Positions 9,756 to 19,704 are shown, counted from the stretch's first letter. The stretch: DNA of 64,000 nucleotides from Patescibacteria group bacterium (GCA_041660565.1 JBAZWC010000002.1:287484-351483); one strand, 5' to 3'. Notes: a model not told the origin generated them from the sequence alone. Program-made: numbers and translations.

Positions 9756-10823
9756 AATAAAAAACATTCAAATCAAACTGTTTGTGTCGCCATGTCCGGT
9801 GGAGTGGATAGTGCGGTGGCTGCGGCATTGTTAGTAGAACAAGGCTTCCGGGTTATTGGCGCATTTATGAAGAACTGGTCTTTGAATCAACAAGGAGTTA
9901 GTTACCAGCCGTGGGAAAACGAAGCTAACGTGGCGAAAGCGGTTTGTGAAAAACTAAAGATTCCTTTTCATATTTTTGATTTCGAAAAGGAATATCTGTC
10001 TCGGGTGGTACAATCGTTTGTCCAAGATTACGCGCGCGGACTGACGCCGAACCCCGATGTTTTATGCAATCGTGAAATTAAATTTGATCTTTTTATTAAA
10101 GAAGCGCAGAAACTGGGTGCAGATTTAATTGCCACCGGCCATTACGCTCAAATCAAACCGGTCGAGGGTCGGCTTGGATTGTTTGCAGGTGCGGATTCGA
10201 ACAAAGATCAGTCGTATTTTTTGTACACATTAGGTCAGCCCGAACTCAAATTTACTTTGTTTCCAATTGGGCATCTAACCAAGCCTGAGGTGAGAAAAAT
10301 AGCAGCGGATCTGAATTTGCCAAACGCGGCTAAAAAAGATAGCCAAGGTGTATGTTTTATCGGTCCGGTTTCAATGCGCCAATTTTTGCAACATTACCTT
10401 AAGCCGCAGTCGGGTGAAGTGGTGGACCAAAATGGGCGCGTGATCGGTCATCACGACGGGGTGATTTATTATACCGAAGGCCAGCGTCATGGCTTTAGCA
10501 CCGGCGGAAATCACGAGCCATTATATATTGCACGCAAATATATTAAGAAAAATCAGTTGGTGGTGGTGCCGGCAAACGACCCGATGTTATATTGCCAATC
10601 GGTCAATCTAATCGACTGCAGTTGGGTAGATCAACCTATCCCAGATCAAACAAAATGTTTGGTGCGAATTCGCTATCGTCAGCCGTTGCAGCCGGCAATT
10701 GTTAGTGTTAACGATGGTAAATATCAAATCGATTTTGAAAATCCAATTGAGTTTGTCAGTGCCGGCCAATCTGCAGTGATTTATTTGGGCGAGCAAGTCC
10801 TTGGTGGGGGGATAATTGCCTAA
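9750..10823 (+). CDS. mnmA: tRNA-specific 2-thiouridylase MnmA
   Basis: AMSGGVDS, TPNPDVLCNREIKF, ATGHYA, KDQSYFL, DSQGVCF. Confidence 0.98.
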   Translation: MTNKKHSNQTVCVAMSGGVDSAVAAALLVEQGFRVIGAFMKNWSLNQQGVSYQPWENEANVAKAVCEKLKIPFHIFDFEKEYLSRVVQSFVQDYARGLTPNPDVLCNREIKFDLFIKEAQKLGADLIATGHYAQIKPVEGRLGLFAGADSNKDQSYFLYTLGQPELKFTLFPIGHLTKPEVRKIAADLNLPNAAKKDSQGVCFIGPVSMRQFLQHYLKPQSGEVVDQNGRVIGHHDGVIYYTEGQRHGFSTGGNHEPLYIARKYIKKNQLVVVPANDPMLYCQSVNLIDCSWVDQPIPDQTKCLVRIRYRQPLQPAIVSVNDGKYQIDFENPIEFVSAGQSAVIYLGEQVLGGGIIA

Positions 10824-10840
10824 GCAATAAAATTTCTTGT

Positions 10841-12235
10841 ATGATGGTTATGGAGGGCTGCATCGTTCGCCTGATTCGTTATAGTTTATTATCAACATTG
10901 TTGGTTGCATTGCTAATACAATCGACCGGTTTAGCATATGCACAATCACTAATTAGTCCGAATTACGAAGTTGATGCGATGGGATTCTTCTCAACAGATT
11001 TGCCTCAAGATTTTGCTCCTCCTGAAATTTTGACTGGTCCGACAGTTAGCTCGGTTACTTCTGGGTCGGCTATTGTAGAGTGGACCACCGATATTGTTAG
11101 TAGCTCGGTGGTGGCGTTTGGTTTGACCACCGATTATGGTCAAGAGAGCGCAAAAACCAGCGATCGTGTGACCAGCCATACGGTAAAATTAAACGGCTTA
11201 TCGCCAGAACGCACCTATCACTATCTGATCAAGAGCGCGGACGCAATGGGGCGATACGGTACCGGAACCGACCAAGTTATCACCACCACTTCTAATATCT
11301 CGCCTATATCTGAAGTACAAATTACTGATATCACCTTAAGTTCCGCTATTGTTAGTTGGAAAACAGCAGCGCTGTCAAATTCAACCGTGAATTACGGTCA
11401 ATCTTCTTCTTATGGTCAAACAGTTGGCGACCAAAGCGCCGGTACTACTACGGCTCATACTATTAGATTGAGTTCATTAAGTTCTGGCACCACATATCAC
11501 ATTCGTGTGTCCGGCGTAAATTCAGAAGGCGCCGACATCTTTTCTGACGATTATATCTTTACCACCCTTAGCTTACCGGTGTTAGTAAGCTATTCTTTAG
11601 GCACGATTACCGGTAATACGGCTGAAATATTGTGGACTACGAATGTACCGGTGGACTCGTTTATTTCTTATTGGAAAGAGGGCACGGATGAAAGTAGTGC
11701 CAAAACTCAGGCAAAACCAGAATTGGGCAAAACGCACATCATGGTTATTACTGGGTTAGAGGGTAAAACGCACTACTATTTCCGTATTACAGGGCGCGAT
11801 GCAAATGGTAATAATTTAAGATCAGAAATTTTATCATTTAATACACCATTGGACACCACGCCTCCGGTAATAACTAATATAAAAAGTGAGGTCAACTCCA
11901 ACTCTAAAAGTGATTCATTACAGCTTGTAATATCGTGGGATACAGACGAGCCGGCAAAGAGCCAGATCGAGTATAATCTTGGTCCGGTTGCCACGACTTA
12001 CAGCCTGAGCTCAAAACCAGATGATGGGTTAAATGTTAACCACATTATTATCGTGTCACCGCTGAAATCTTCCTCAAACTACCACTTTAGAATTAAAGCT
12101 ACTGATGCTTCGGGCAATGCTGGTTTTAGCGCCGATTACAGCGTTTTAACGCCGCAGAAACAGAAATCGTTGTTACAGATTATTTTAGATAAATTAGAAC
12201 AGACTTTTGGTTGGTTGCGAAAAATTGGCTCATAA
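10841..12235 (+). CDS. Secreted protein with four fibronectin type III-like repeats
   Basis: Signal peptide, then four repeats of SA.V.W.T....S.V.YG...H.V.L..L...T.YH....S.D..G; start codon uncertain. Confidence 0.85.
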   Translation: MMVMEGCIVRLIRYSLLSTLLVALLIQSTGLAYAQSLISPNYEVDAMGFFSTDLPQDFAPPEILTGPTVSSVTSGSAIVEWTTDIVSSSVVAFGLTTDYGQESAKTSDRVTSHTVKLNGLSPERTYHYLIKSADAMGRYGTGTDQVITTTSNISPISEVQITDITLSSAIVSWKTAALSNSTVNYGQSSSYGQTVGDQSAGTTTAHTIRLSSLSSGTTYHIRVSGVNSEGADIFSDDYIFTTLSLPVLVSYSLGTITGNTAEILWTTNVPVDSFISYWKEGTDESSAKTQAKPELGKTHIMVITGLEGKTHYYFRITGRDANGNNLRSEILSFNTPLDTTPPVITNIKSEVNSNSKSDSLQLVISWDTDEPAKSQIEYNLGPVATTYSLSSKPDDGLNVNHIIIVSPLKSSSNYHFRIKATDASGNAGFSADYSVLTPQKQKSLLQIILDKLEQTFGWLRKIGS

Positions 12236-12256
12236 ATAAAGTTGACCCCGGCGCGC

Positions 12257-12703
12257 CTAAGCGGTCGGGGTCTTGCTAGCAATGGCTTGGCGGAGTTGGG
12301 CCAGATAGTGAATGGCTCGTCTCAGGCCAGTTGGGGCGCCGGATTCTATCCGAAGTCGTTTGGCTAGTTGGTCGATGATCTTGCGCTCGTCCTCGGGCAA
12401 CATCATGTAGATATTCCGGCCCCACCGGCCGAGGGTACATGGCGCAGACTGAAGTGGGTTGGTTCGCGTTGGTGTGCGAATTATGGCTCCGCCGACACAG
12501 GCGCTCGAAACGAATTCGCTAATGGTGATACAGTCTCCGTACGCTCGGTGGCGCGTGAACTGGCCGAATGTCGACATGGGCGGGTGCTTGCCTGCCTCCT
12601 CACCCAATACTAACGTCAACAGCTTGGTGGAATATCTGATGTCGCCTGCCCGATAAAGCAGCCCAATGATCACATCGTGCGGGATCGACGTTACCACAGA
12701 CAT
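12257..12703 (-). CDS. Hypothetical protein (GC-rich islet 2)
   Basis: GGAGGT SD 6 nt before ATG 12703; TGcTATCAT promoter at 12763-12755; gaccccg/cggggtc hairpin 12244-12272 with a T tract on the minus strand. Confidence 0.65.
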   Translation of the reverse strand: MSVVTSIPHDVIIGLLYRAGDIRYSTKLLTLVLGEEAGKHPPMSTFGQFTRHRAYGDCITISEFVSSACVGGAIIRTPTRTNPLQSAPCTLGRWGRNIYMMLPEDERKIIDQLAKRLRIESGAPTGLRRAIHYLAQLRQAIASKTPTA

Positions 12704-12850
12704 CGAACCACCTCCCAGAGATGTTCTAGCAAGACACGGTCTTGCTTGATTTGGATGATAGCACAAACTTCGCTTTCCGTCATTAGTTCTCTGATTCCCT
12801 TTACATCCATTTTTTTTATTGTTACCATTATTTATGAAAGTGAGGAACAA

Positions 12851-13303
12851 ATGCGACGAAAACGAGTAATTTTATCAATTGCGTATATTGTGATTGCAGC
12901 AGTAGTGGTTTATGCCATTGTTTATACCAAAGGGTTTGGTTTATTTGATAAAAAAGACAGTGGGTCTGGTTGGTCGGCCGTGTTCCTAACCAATGGTCAA
13001 GTGTATTTTGGCCATCTAAAGGGGCAAAACAATCAGTTCTCAACGCTTTCAGACATTTACTACTTGCAAGTTGAGCAACAGTCTTCACTACAGCCAGAAG
13101 CAACAAAATCGACTGTCGCATCTCCTTCTGCTTCATCTAACCTGTCTTTAATTAAGCTAGGAAATGAGTTGCACGGGCCAAAAGATCAAATGACCATTAA
13201 CCGTGACCAGATTCTGTTTATCGAAGAGATGAAAACAGGTTCAAAGGTGGTTACTGCTATCGAAGCATATATAAAGAACCCAACCGCAACTCCAACACCA
13301 TAG
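12851..13303 (+). CDS. Conserved CPR-type hypothetical membrane-anchored protein
   Basis: GAGG SD and ATG 12851; TM helix; WSAVFLTNGQVYFG...LIKLGNELHGP motif. Confidence 0.8.
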   Translation: MRRKRVILSIAYIVIAAVVVYAIVYTKGFGLFDKKDSGSGWSAVFLTNGQVYFGHLKGQNNQFSTLSDIYYLQVEQQSSLQPEATKSTVASPSASSNLSLIKLGNELHGPKDQMTINRDQILFIEEMKTGSKVVTAIEAYIKNPTATPTP

Positions 13304-13438
13304 TATAAACTGATTTTCAATATCGTATTGGCGGAACTTTGTGTCCGCCTTTATGATATTAACAAAATCTCAAATCCAAATTTTTAATTTTTAAAATTGT
13401 AATTTAGAATTTCGCCTCGTATGTGCTATAAATAACGT

Positions 13439-15508
13439 ATGATAACTTTAGATTCTCCAATTGAGGTGGTGGCTGGGGTAGGGCCGGCGATTGCGGCTAA
13501 ACTGCACAGCCGCGGTATTAATATTGTGCGTGATTTGCTGTCGTTTACACCCATGCGATATATCGATTTTAGCCATCCCAAAAAATCGAACAGCCTAATG
13601 GCGGGCAAATGGGCGGTGATTTCGGGGACAATTACCGGATGTCATCAGGAACACAGTTTTCGTAAGCGGATGGCGATAATCAAAGCGGAAATTACAGACG
13701 ATGCCGGTAAAATTGAAGCGGTGTGGTTTAACCAGCCGTTTTTGACTCAAATTTTACGTGTTGGCCGCCCGGTGCGTTTACATGGCCTGGTTATTCAAGA
13801 CCAGTTTGGAAAAAAGATCTTGCGCAATCCGGAAATTCAATTAACCGCTGATGGCAAGCCGGAAGTGAGATATTCCACCAAGAGTGGCATCGAAAGCGGG
13901 CGTTTTAAGCATATTATCAACTCAATTCTGCCATTAACCGACAGCTTACCAGATCCGCTGCCACCAGATTTGCTCAAAAAACTCAAATTGATTTCATTAT
14001 CGCAGGCGCTCAGGTGGTGCCATCAACCCGAAAAAATTTCAGATGTAACATTGGCGCGAACGCGTTTAGCAATTGATGAGTTGTGGACTTTGATGGTGCT
14101 AACCAAATTAACCAAACAACAAAACCAGGCTCATCCGGCATTAAAAATTGCGGTGGACGAGACGCGGGTTAAAAATGATGTTGACCGTTTGCCATTTAAA
14201 TTAACCGATGGTCAAAATAAGGCGATCGGTCAAATTCTGTCCGACATATCTAAAACGGTGCCGATGCGACGGTTGCTGAATGGCGATGTCGGATCAGGCA
14301 AAACGGTGGTGGCAATGTTGGCGTGTCATCAAGCCATTTTATCGGGTTGGCGGGCAATTATGATTGCGCCAACAGTGGTTTTAGCCTGGCAGCATATACG
14401 TAATTGGCAAAAACTGTATCCAAATGTGCCCAGTTTTATTTTTACCGGCAACGGGGTGTGGTTTAACGGGCAAAAGATCAAAACATCTGAAATAAAATCG
14501 ACATTAGATAATAATCCGGCCGCATTTATCTGCGGCACACACGCGGTATTTTCACCGGAACTGGAATTGGTAAATAATACCGCGCTGGTGATTGTAGATG
14601 AACAGCATCGGTTTGGGGTAATGCAACGAGCATTTTTCTCCCAAAATCCCAAAGCGGTGCCGCATTTGCTATCGATGTCCGCCACCCCAATTCCGCGCAC
14701 TGCGGCATTGGTGTTGTACGGCGATATGGACGCCAGTATTTTACCCGAGAAGCCGGCTGGACGAATTCAAATCACCTCAAAATTAGTATCAGACAACGGC
14801 CGTGAAATGATGTACAAATTTATCGACCAACTAATTGATAAAGGGGAGCGTGTTTACATTGTTTGCCCTCTAATTTCACCACCAGATCCGGACGAAGAGT
14901 TTGGCCAGTTTAACTTTGGTGATGATCGTAAAACCGTGATTGCCGAGTTTGAAAAGTTGCAAAAAACGGTCTTTAGTCATCGCCGCATTGGTTTGTTGCA
15001 CGGTAAAATGAAAGCCGCCGAAAAAGATGCGGTGTTAACCAGTTTTCGAGATGGAGAGTTGGACATTTTGATCACCACTTCGGTTATCGAAGTGGGGGTA
15101 GATGTGCCCGAGGCCACGGCGATGGTGATAGAAGGGGCAGAGTATTTTGGTTTGGCGCAGCTGCATCAGTTGCGTGGGCGAGTGGGCAGAAGTGATAAGC
15201 CTTCATACTGTTTCCTATGCGCTGCCAACTGGAACGAAAGCACTCAAAGCCGTTTAGAGCTATTGGTAAAATATCATGATGGATTTAGCCTGGCCGAACA
15301 AGATTTGCAACTGCGTGGCCCAGGTGAGCTTTACGGTACTATTCAAGCGGGGGTAATTCCGTTTAAATACGCCTCACTCGCCGACAAAAATTATATTGAG
15401 ATTGCCAAACAAATCGCTGATGAAATTATTACCACCCCAGTCGAAAAACGCTCTCCCGAATTAGAGTCTTGGCTCTCTACGCATCAAAATATGTTACATG
15501 TGGAATAA
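13439..15508 (+). CDS. recG: ATP-dependent DNA helicase RecG
   Basis: RLLNGDVGSGKT, DEQHRFG, MSATPIPRT, QLHQLRGRVGR, DLQLRGPGE. Confidence 0.98.
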   Translation: MITLDSPIEVVAGVGPAIAAKLHSRGINIVRDLLSFTPMRYIDFSHPKKSNSLMAGKWAVISGTITGCHQEHSFRKRMAIIKAEITDDAGKIEAVWFNQPFLTQILRVGRPVRLHGLVIQDQFGKKILRNPEIQLTADGKPEVRYSTKSGIESGRFKHIINSILPLTDSLPDPLPPDLLKKLKLISLSQALRWCHQPEKISDVTLARTRLAIDELWTLMVLTKLTKQQNQAHPALKIAVDETRVKNDVDRLPFKLTDGQNKAIGQILSDISKTVPMRRLLNGDVGSGKTVVAMLACHQAILSGWRAIMIAPTVVLAWQHIRNWQKLYPNVPSFIFTGNGVWFNGQKIKTSEIKSTLDNNPAAFICGTHAVFSPELELVNNTALVIVDEQHRFGVMQRAFFSQNPKAVPHLLSMSATPIPRTAALVLYGDMDASILPEKPAGRIQITSKLVSDNGREMMYKFIDQLIDKGERVYIVCPLISPPDPDEEFGQFNFGDDRKTVIAEFEKLQKTVFSHRRIGLLHGKMKAAEKDAVLTSFRDGELDILITTSVIEVGVDVPEATAMVIEGAEYFGLAQLHQLRGRVGRSDKPSYCFLCAANWNESTQSRLELLVKYHDGFSLAEQDLQLRGPGELYGTIQAGVIPFKYASLADKNYIEIAKQIADEIITTPVEKRSPELESWLSTHQNMLHVE

Positions 15509-15538
15509 TTTGGGTTAACCTCGTACATCATGACTAGT

Positions 15539-15564
15539 GTAGGGGCGGACTCATATGTCCGCCC
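15539..15564. repeat. GTAG-type REP (family E)
   Basis: gtaggggcggactcatatgtccgccc. Confidence 0.85.
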
Positions 15565-15628
15565 TCTGGCGGTAATTTGTCTAAATATTTGCTGAGTGAT
15601 ATTATCTATTTAAGGAGATCGGAAAAGT

Positions 15629-16114
15629 ATGGAAGATTATGATGACAAAGCAACGGATTCGCAAAATGGTTATAATTGGGGTGCGTTCTGGCTGACTGGG
15701 ATTTGGGGTGCCTGCCACGGATATTGGCTATCATTGGCATATATTCCTCTTATTCTTGTTGCATTATTTTTATCAATATTTTCTATTGTCAATGTGGCCG
15801 CGCACCTATCTCGAAGCTCTTTAGCATTAGCATATCCATTAATCTTATTGTCTGTGGTAGTCGATATTTTGACGGTTATTACCTTGTACAGATTTGGTCG
15901 TAAAGGGAACAAACTTGCTTGGATAATGCGAGGTTCTCGTGACAAAGAGTCATATAAAAAACGTGAAAAAAATTGGGCGATAGCTGGTTGGGTCGTTGGA
16001 GTGATAGCTGCTGTATGGTATGTGAGTGTGATTTATGTTTCAGTTGCTAATGAATATTCCTCGCCAGATTGTGGTGACGTAATGTCAATTGAATGTTTTC
16101 AGATATCGAAATAA
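15629..16114 (+). CDS. Hypothetical membrane protein (NWGAF motif)
   Basis: AAGGAG SD; YNWGAFWLTGIW...FGRKGNKLAW; 3-4 TM helices. Confidence 0.75.
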   Translation: MEDYDDKATDSQNGYNWGAFWLTGIWGACHGYWLSLAYIPLILVALFLSIFSIVNVAAHLSRSSLALAYPLILLSVVVDILTVITLYRFGRKGNKLAWIMRGSRDKESYKKREKNWAIAGWVVGVIAAVWYVSVIYVSVANEYSSPDCGDVMSIECFQISK

Positions 16115-16167
16115 ATTAAATGAGCGCTGACCTATAAAAAATACGCCATATCTGTTATAATAAATAC

Positions 16168-16575
16168 GTGGACAAGCTGCTAGATTGGTTAGAAAAGTAT
16201 CGAGTGGTGATGGGAGGGGTGATCGCCGTTGTTATTGTCGGCATTGGTGGATTGCTGATTTGGTACGACAGGCATCCAAACACCACCACCATTTCTACGC
16301 GCACGTTAGTGAGTCAAACTACAGTACCGGCGAGTGGGGCGGAAATTACCACAACATCCGCCAAATCTAACTCCAGTTTGATCAACATTAACACGGCAAA
16401 TGCCGAGCAGTTAGACAGTTTGCCCGGGATTGGGGCAACATACGCTCAGCGGATAATTGATTATCGCGTTGCGCATGGTAACTACAAAACAACTCACGAT
16501 TTAGTTTTAGTTAAGGGAATTGGTGAAGGTACGTACACTAAATTGAAAGATTTAGTGACAACAGGAGGGGAATAG
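16168..16575 (+). CDS. comEA: Competence DNA-binding protein ComEA (helix-hairpin-helix)
   Basis: N-terminal TM; ININTANAEQLDSLPGIG..AQRIIDYR..G..DLVLVKGIG. Confidence 0.93.
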   Translation: MDKLLDWLEKYRVVMGGVIAVVIVGIGGLLIWYDRHPNTTTISTRTLVSQTTVPASGAEITTTSAKSNSSLININTANAEQLDSLPGIGATYAQRIIDYRVAHGNYKTTHDLVLVKGIGEGTYTKLKDLVTTGGE

Positions 16576-16578
16576 TAT

Positions 16579-16664
16579 GCGGATGTGGTGGAATGGCAGA
16601 CACGATAGCTTTAGGAGCTATTGGAGGAAACTCCGTGGAGGTTCAAGTCCTCTCATCCGCACCA
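16579..16664 (+). tRNA. tRNA-Leu(TAG)
   Basis: gcggatg/catccgc acceptor, atagc-tttagga-gctat anticodon arm, long variable arm, GGTTCAA, ACCA end. Confidence 0.95.
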
Positions 16665-16666
16665 TA

Positions 16667-17002
16667 GTGTTGGTACCATTTATTTCAACTTTTATTTCAT
16701 CTCAAATTCATTTGGCGTTTGCCGCCTCACCTAGTGCGTCTGCGGTAGTGAGTTCGTCCAGCAACTTGCTTGGGGCGACCAGTTTAAGTGATTGGGTGAC
16801 CAAATTTGTTACTTGGGCTACAACTATCGGTATTTCGGTGGCCGCATTGATGATTTTGTACGCTGGAGTGGAGTATATCAACTCGGGCGGGAATGAAACA
16901 AAAATTAAAGGTGCCAAAGATCGGGTGATTGGCACGCTACTTGGGATCATAATTTTGTTACTAATTGGCACAATAATGAGAGTTTTACTCAAAACGAGCT
17001 AG
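16667..17002 (+). CDS. CPR-type pilin (TrbC/VirB2-like)
   Basis: Signal ending AFA; IGISVAALMILYAGVEYINSGGNETKIKGAKDRVIGTLLG pattern. Start placed after the tRNA. Confidence 0.8.
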   Translation: MLVPFISTFISSQIHLAFAASPSASAVVSSSSNLLGATSLSDWVTKFVTWATTIGISVAALMILYAGVEYINSGGNETKIKGAKDRVIGTLLGIIILLLIGTIMRVLLKTS

Positions 17003-17009
17003 GGAAATG

Positions 17010-17119
17010 TTTAGGGGGATTTGGGGGTTTAGGGTGATTGGCTCCAGCCCGTAGGGCTTACGCCCGGAGGGGAGATCCTTGGGTTCCCCCAATGTCTCTA
17101 ATCACCCTAATTCACCTAA
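17010..17119. repeat. Inverted nonamer arrays enclosing a family C element (17040-17071)
   Basis: ttagggggat/ttgggggttt/tagggtgatt facing cccaatgtct/ctaatcaccc/taattcacctaa; lies between convergent genes. Confidence 0.7.
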
Positions 17120-17128
17120 AATGGTCCT

Positions 17129-17986
17129 CTAATTTTTTCCCACCGGGCTAGTGACGGCTCCGGTATTTGAGTCATATAAAATATCACGGTTAAGTGGGTC
17201 TTTGGGGATTTCGGTCAGATAGTGTTTTTGTACTAACTCGTTCAGATCTTTTGGGTAATGACCGAATTTATTTTTGTAATCTTTAATCATATTAGTTAAT
17301 CCTTGCAAGATGGTGTAGTGATCGACAAACAGTTTGGCGCGATCTTTAAAGTATTGCGTATCACTACTTTCCGCCAATCCTTCAAAAATCGCCAATGCGG
17401 TTTGGTAATCATTTGATCGATCAAACTCAACTGCCGATAAAAATTTGGTTTTAGACGGCGCTCCGGGTTTTTCTGAAGCGCGTTTATATGCGGCGGCCGA
17501 TTGCGCGTAATCTTTTTTGTTGATGTAGTAAATTGTGCCCTCGTAATATGGAATTTCCCAGTTGTTTGGTAACGCAACCTCGCCGTCTTTTAGAATTTGC
17601 AAAGCTTGATCAGAAAAACCTTCACCGGAGAGCACGATGCCGGAAAATTGATACGGGTAGCTGAATTTATTATCCAGAGACAAAATTGAGCTCATTAATT
17701 TGGGTAATGCTTGATATTTGCCGTATGGATCACCCCCGCCGTAGTATTGGATGGTGTTTAGCCACAATAAATCTGCCATAAAATTATTGTTTCCAAGCGC
17801 GCTAATTTTGAGCATATCTTTATTCGGCACTATAGGTTCAATAATTTGATTATAAGTTACAGTCGATTTGCGCCACTGGCTGGCACGTACCCGGTCAAAA
17901 TTGAGCTGCGTTAATACTACCAGCGCTAAAAGGGCTGGGACGGTAAGCCATTTAATTATTGAGGTGATTATTTTATTCATTTTCAT
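17129..17986 (-). CDS. TPR-like exported protein, PilG/XapA-like, with C-terminal pseudopilin-like segment
   Basis: ADLLWLNTIQYYG motif; helical repeats; YKNKFGHYPKDLNELV....EIPKDP; in operon with ABC genes. Confidence 0.65.
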   Translation of the reverse strand: MKMNKIITSIIKWLTVPALLALVVLTQLNFDRVRASQWRKSTVTYNQIIEPIVPNKDMLKISALGNNNFMADLLWLNTIQYYGGGDPYGKYQALPKLMSSILSLDNKFSYPYQFSGIVLSGEGFSDQALQILKDGEVALPNNWEIPYYEGTIYYINKKDYAQSAAAYKRASEKPGAPSKTKFLSAVEFDRSNDYQTALAIFEGLAESSDTQYFKDRAKLFVDHYTILQGLTNMIKDYKNKFGHYPKDLNELVQKHYLTEIPKDPLNRDILYDSNTGAVTSPVGKN

Positions 17987-18004
17987 TGTTTTTTTGATGA
18001 TGTG

Positions 18005-18103
18005 CTCCTCACCCGGCCTACGGCCACCCTCTCCTCAGGGAGGAGAGGGGATCCCCTTCTCCTCGTTTTTGAGGAGAAGGTGCCTGTCAAGGCGGATGAG
18101 GAG
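18005..18103. repeat. Family A palindromic element
   Basis: Closely similar to 1871-1972. Confidence 0.9.
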
Positions 18104-18113
18104 GGAGTCGATC

Positions 18114-18884
18114 CTATAATTCCTGCTTGCGGAAGGCAGCGTTGGCCAAAAACAACAATATCGCACTGTAAACAACGGTATAAACTATCACTAATGAAAT
18201 TTGCTCAGCAGTGGGCTGGATATGGTAAACCACATTATTGCGCAAATTAAATTTTTCTAAATTTGGAAAGATGTAATAAACCGCTTTGTACAAATCTTTA
18301 ATCCAAACAGGGCTATCTTGGCTTAAATTTACCACCGTTGCCGATGAATGGCCGATAATAAAGATCGCTAAGGCGTAAACGGTGCTTATAACCGCCGAGC
18401 AAAAACTGGAAAACATTACGGTTAAGGCAATAAGCAACACCATCTCTAGATAAGTATAAAACAGGGCAAGAATCAGCGTGACATCAATAACTTGCCAGCC
18501 TAGCCGAATGACCAACAAAGCTCCAAAAATTACTGACATCATGCCAATTAACATCAAAACGGTTAAACACAAGCCCGCAAATTTGCCTAATAAGTAGGTG
18601 AGGCGGGTGATTGGGCGCGCCAGCACTGTGTATGCGGTGCGTTGGTCTAACTCTTTGGCGATACTGGAGCCGCTTAGGAAGATGGTGATGATGATGCCGA
18701 AGAAAAATATGCCGGTTAAGCCAAGTTCGATGATAATTTTGCTGTCTTGGTCTAGCGAGATTGAGCCCAAAAATAAGGTAGCGCCAAGCAGTAAAACGGC
18801 AAAAACTCCCAGAGTGATTAAAATTCGATCACGGATGCTTTCTTTGTAGGTGTTAAGGGCTATGACTTTTATGGCATTGATCAT
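18114..18884 (-). CDS. ABC-2 type permease (PilI/XapC-like)
   Basis: IALNTYKESIRDR, KELDQRTAYTVLARPITR..YLLGKFAG, FRKQEL end. Confidence 0.88.
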   Translation of the reverse strand: MINAIKVIALNTYKESIRDRILITLGVFAVLLLGATLFLGSISLDQDSKIIIELGLTGIFFFGIIITIFLSGSSIAKELDQRTAYTVLARPITRLTYLLGKFAGLCLTVLMLIGMMSVIFGALLVIRLGWQVIDVTLILALFYTYLEMVLLIALTVMFSSFCSAVISTVYALAIFIIGHSSATVVNLSQDSPVWIKDLYKAVYYIFPNLEKFNLRNNVVYHIQPTAEQISLVIVYTVVYSAILLFLANAAFRKQEL

Positions 18885-19612
18885 TTTTTAATCTCCTTGA
18901 GACGCGATTGATTAATTCGATCGACAAAGAATTGCTCCAAAGTTTGGTGGGGTTTAAGGAACGATTTAGTTTCGCCAATTTCGAGCAACACACCGCGGTC
19001 AATAATACCAATTTGATCACACATCTCTTCGACATCACTTAAAATGTGTGAGTTGAAAAAGATGGTGATTTTTTGTTTGCGCAAATCTTGGATCAGCTTT
19101 TTCATTTCGGCGCGGCCAAAAGCATCTAAGCCGTCTAGCGGTTCATCTAAAAATAGAATTTTTGGATCGCCAATTAGCGCTTGGGCTAAGCCCAGTCTTT
19201 GCACCATGCCTTTGGAATACCCGCGAATAGAGCGGGTTTGTGAATCTGTGAGGCCAACCTGATTTAAGAGCGCGGACGCTCGATTGCGCGCTGATTTTTT
19301 AGCTAGCCCCGCTAATTGCCCATGCATGGTGACAAACTCTAGACCGGTTAAGTATTGGTAAAATCGGGGATTTTCGGGCATAAAACCCAGTTCTTTCATC
19401 GCTGCCACTGTTCCGGCGGGGTGATTAAAGATTTTTATTTCGCCTGAATCTGGTTTGGCTAGCCCAACAACCATTCGCATGGTGGTAGTTTTTCCGGCGC
19501 CGTTTGGGCCTAAAAAACCAAACACGGTGCCAGCTTTTAGTGCAAAAGAAAGATGGTTGACCGCGGTTTGGCTGTATTTTTTTGTCACGTCTTTAAGTTC
19601 AAGCGCGTACAT
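18881..19612 (-). CDS. ABC transporter ATP-binding protein (PilH/XapB-like)
   Basis: GPNGAGKTT, YSKGMVQR, LDEP, SHIL. Confidence 0.93.
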   Translation of the reverse strand: MYALELKDVTKKYSQTAVNHLSFALKAGTVFGFLGPNGAGKTTTMRMVVGLAKPDSGEIKIFNHPAGTVAAMKELGFMPENPRFYQYLTGLEFVTMHGQLAGLAKKSARNRASALLNQVGLTDSQTRSIRGYSKGMVQRLGLAQALIGDPKILFLDEPLDGLDAFGRAEMKKLIQDLRKQKITIFFNSHILSDVEEMCDQIGIIDRGVLLEIGETKSFLKPHQTLEQFFVDRINQSRLKEIKK

Positions 19613-19674
19613 TTACTCTCCTTGTCGAATATATTGTAGCCGTGAAATTGGCAAAAAACAAGAGTAAAAGAAAT

Positions 19675-19704
19675 CGTCCCGGGGCACAGAGCGGCCTCGG
19701 GACG
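19675..19704 (-). terminator. Intrinsic terminator of islet 3
   Basis: cgtccc...gggacg stem followed on the minus strand by atttctttt. Confidence 0.7.

Noticed and set aside
16577-16666. N-terminal extension of ORF 16577-17002
   Set aside because: It is a translation of tRNA-Leu(TAG). The same applies to ORFs at 33008, 38934, 30743 and 30876, which overlap tRNAs.
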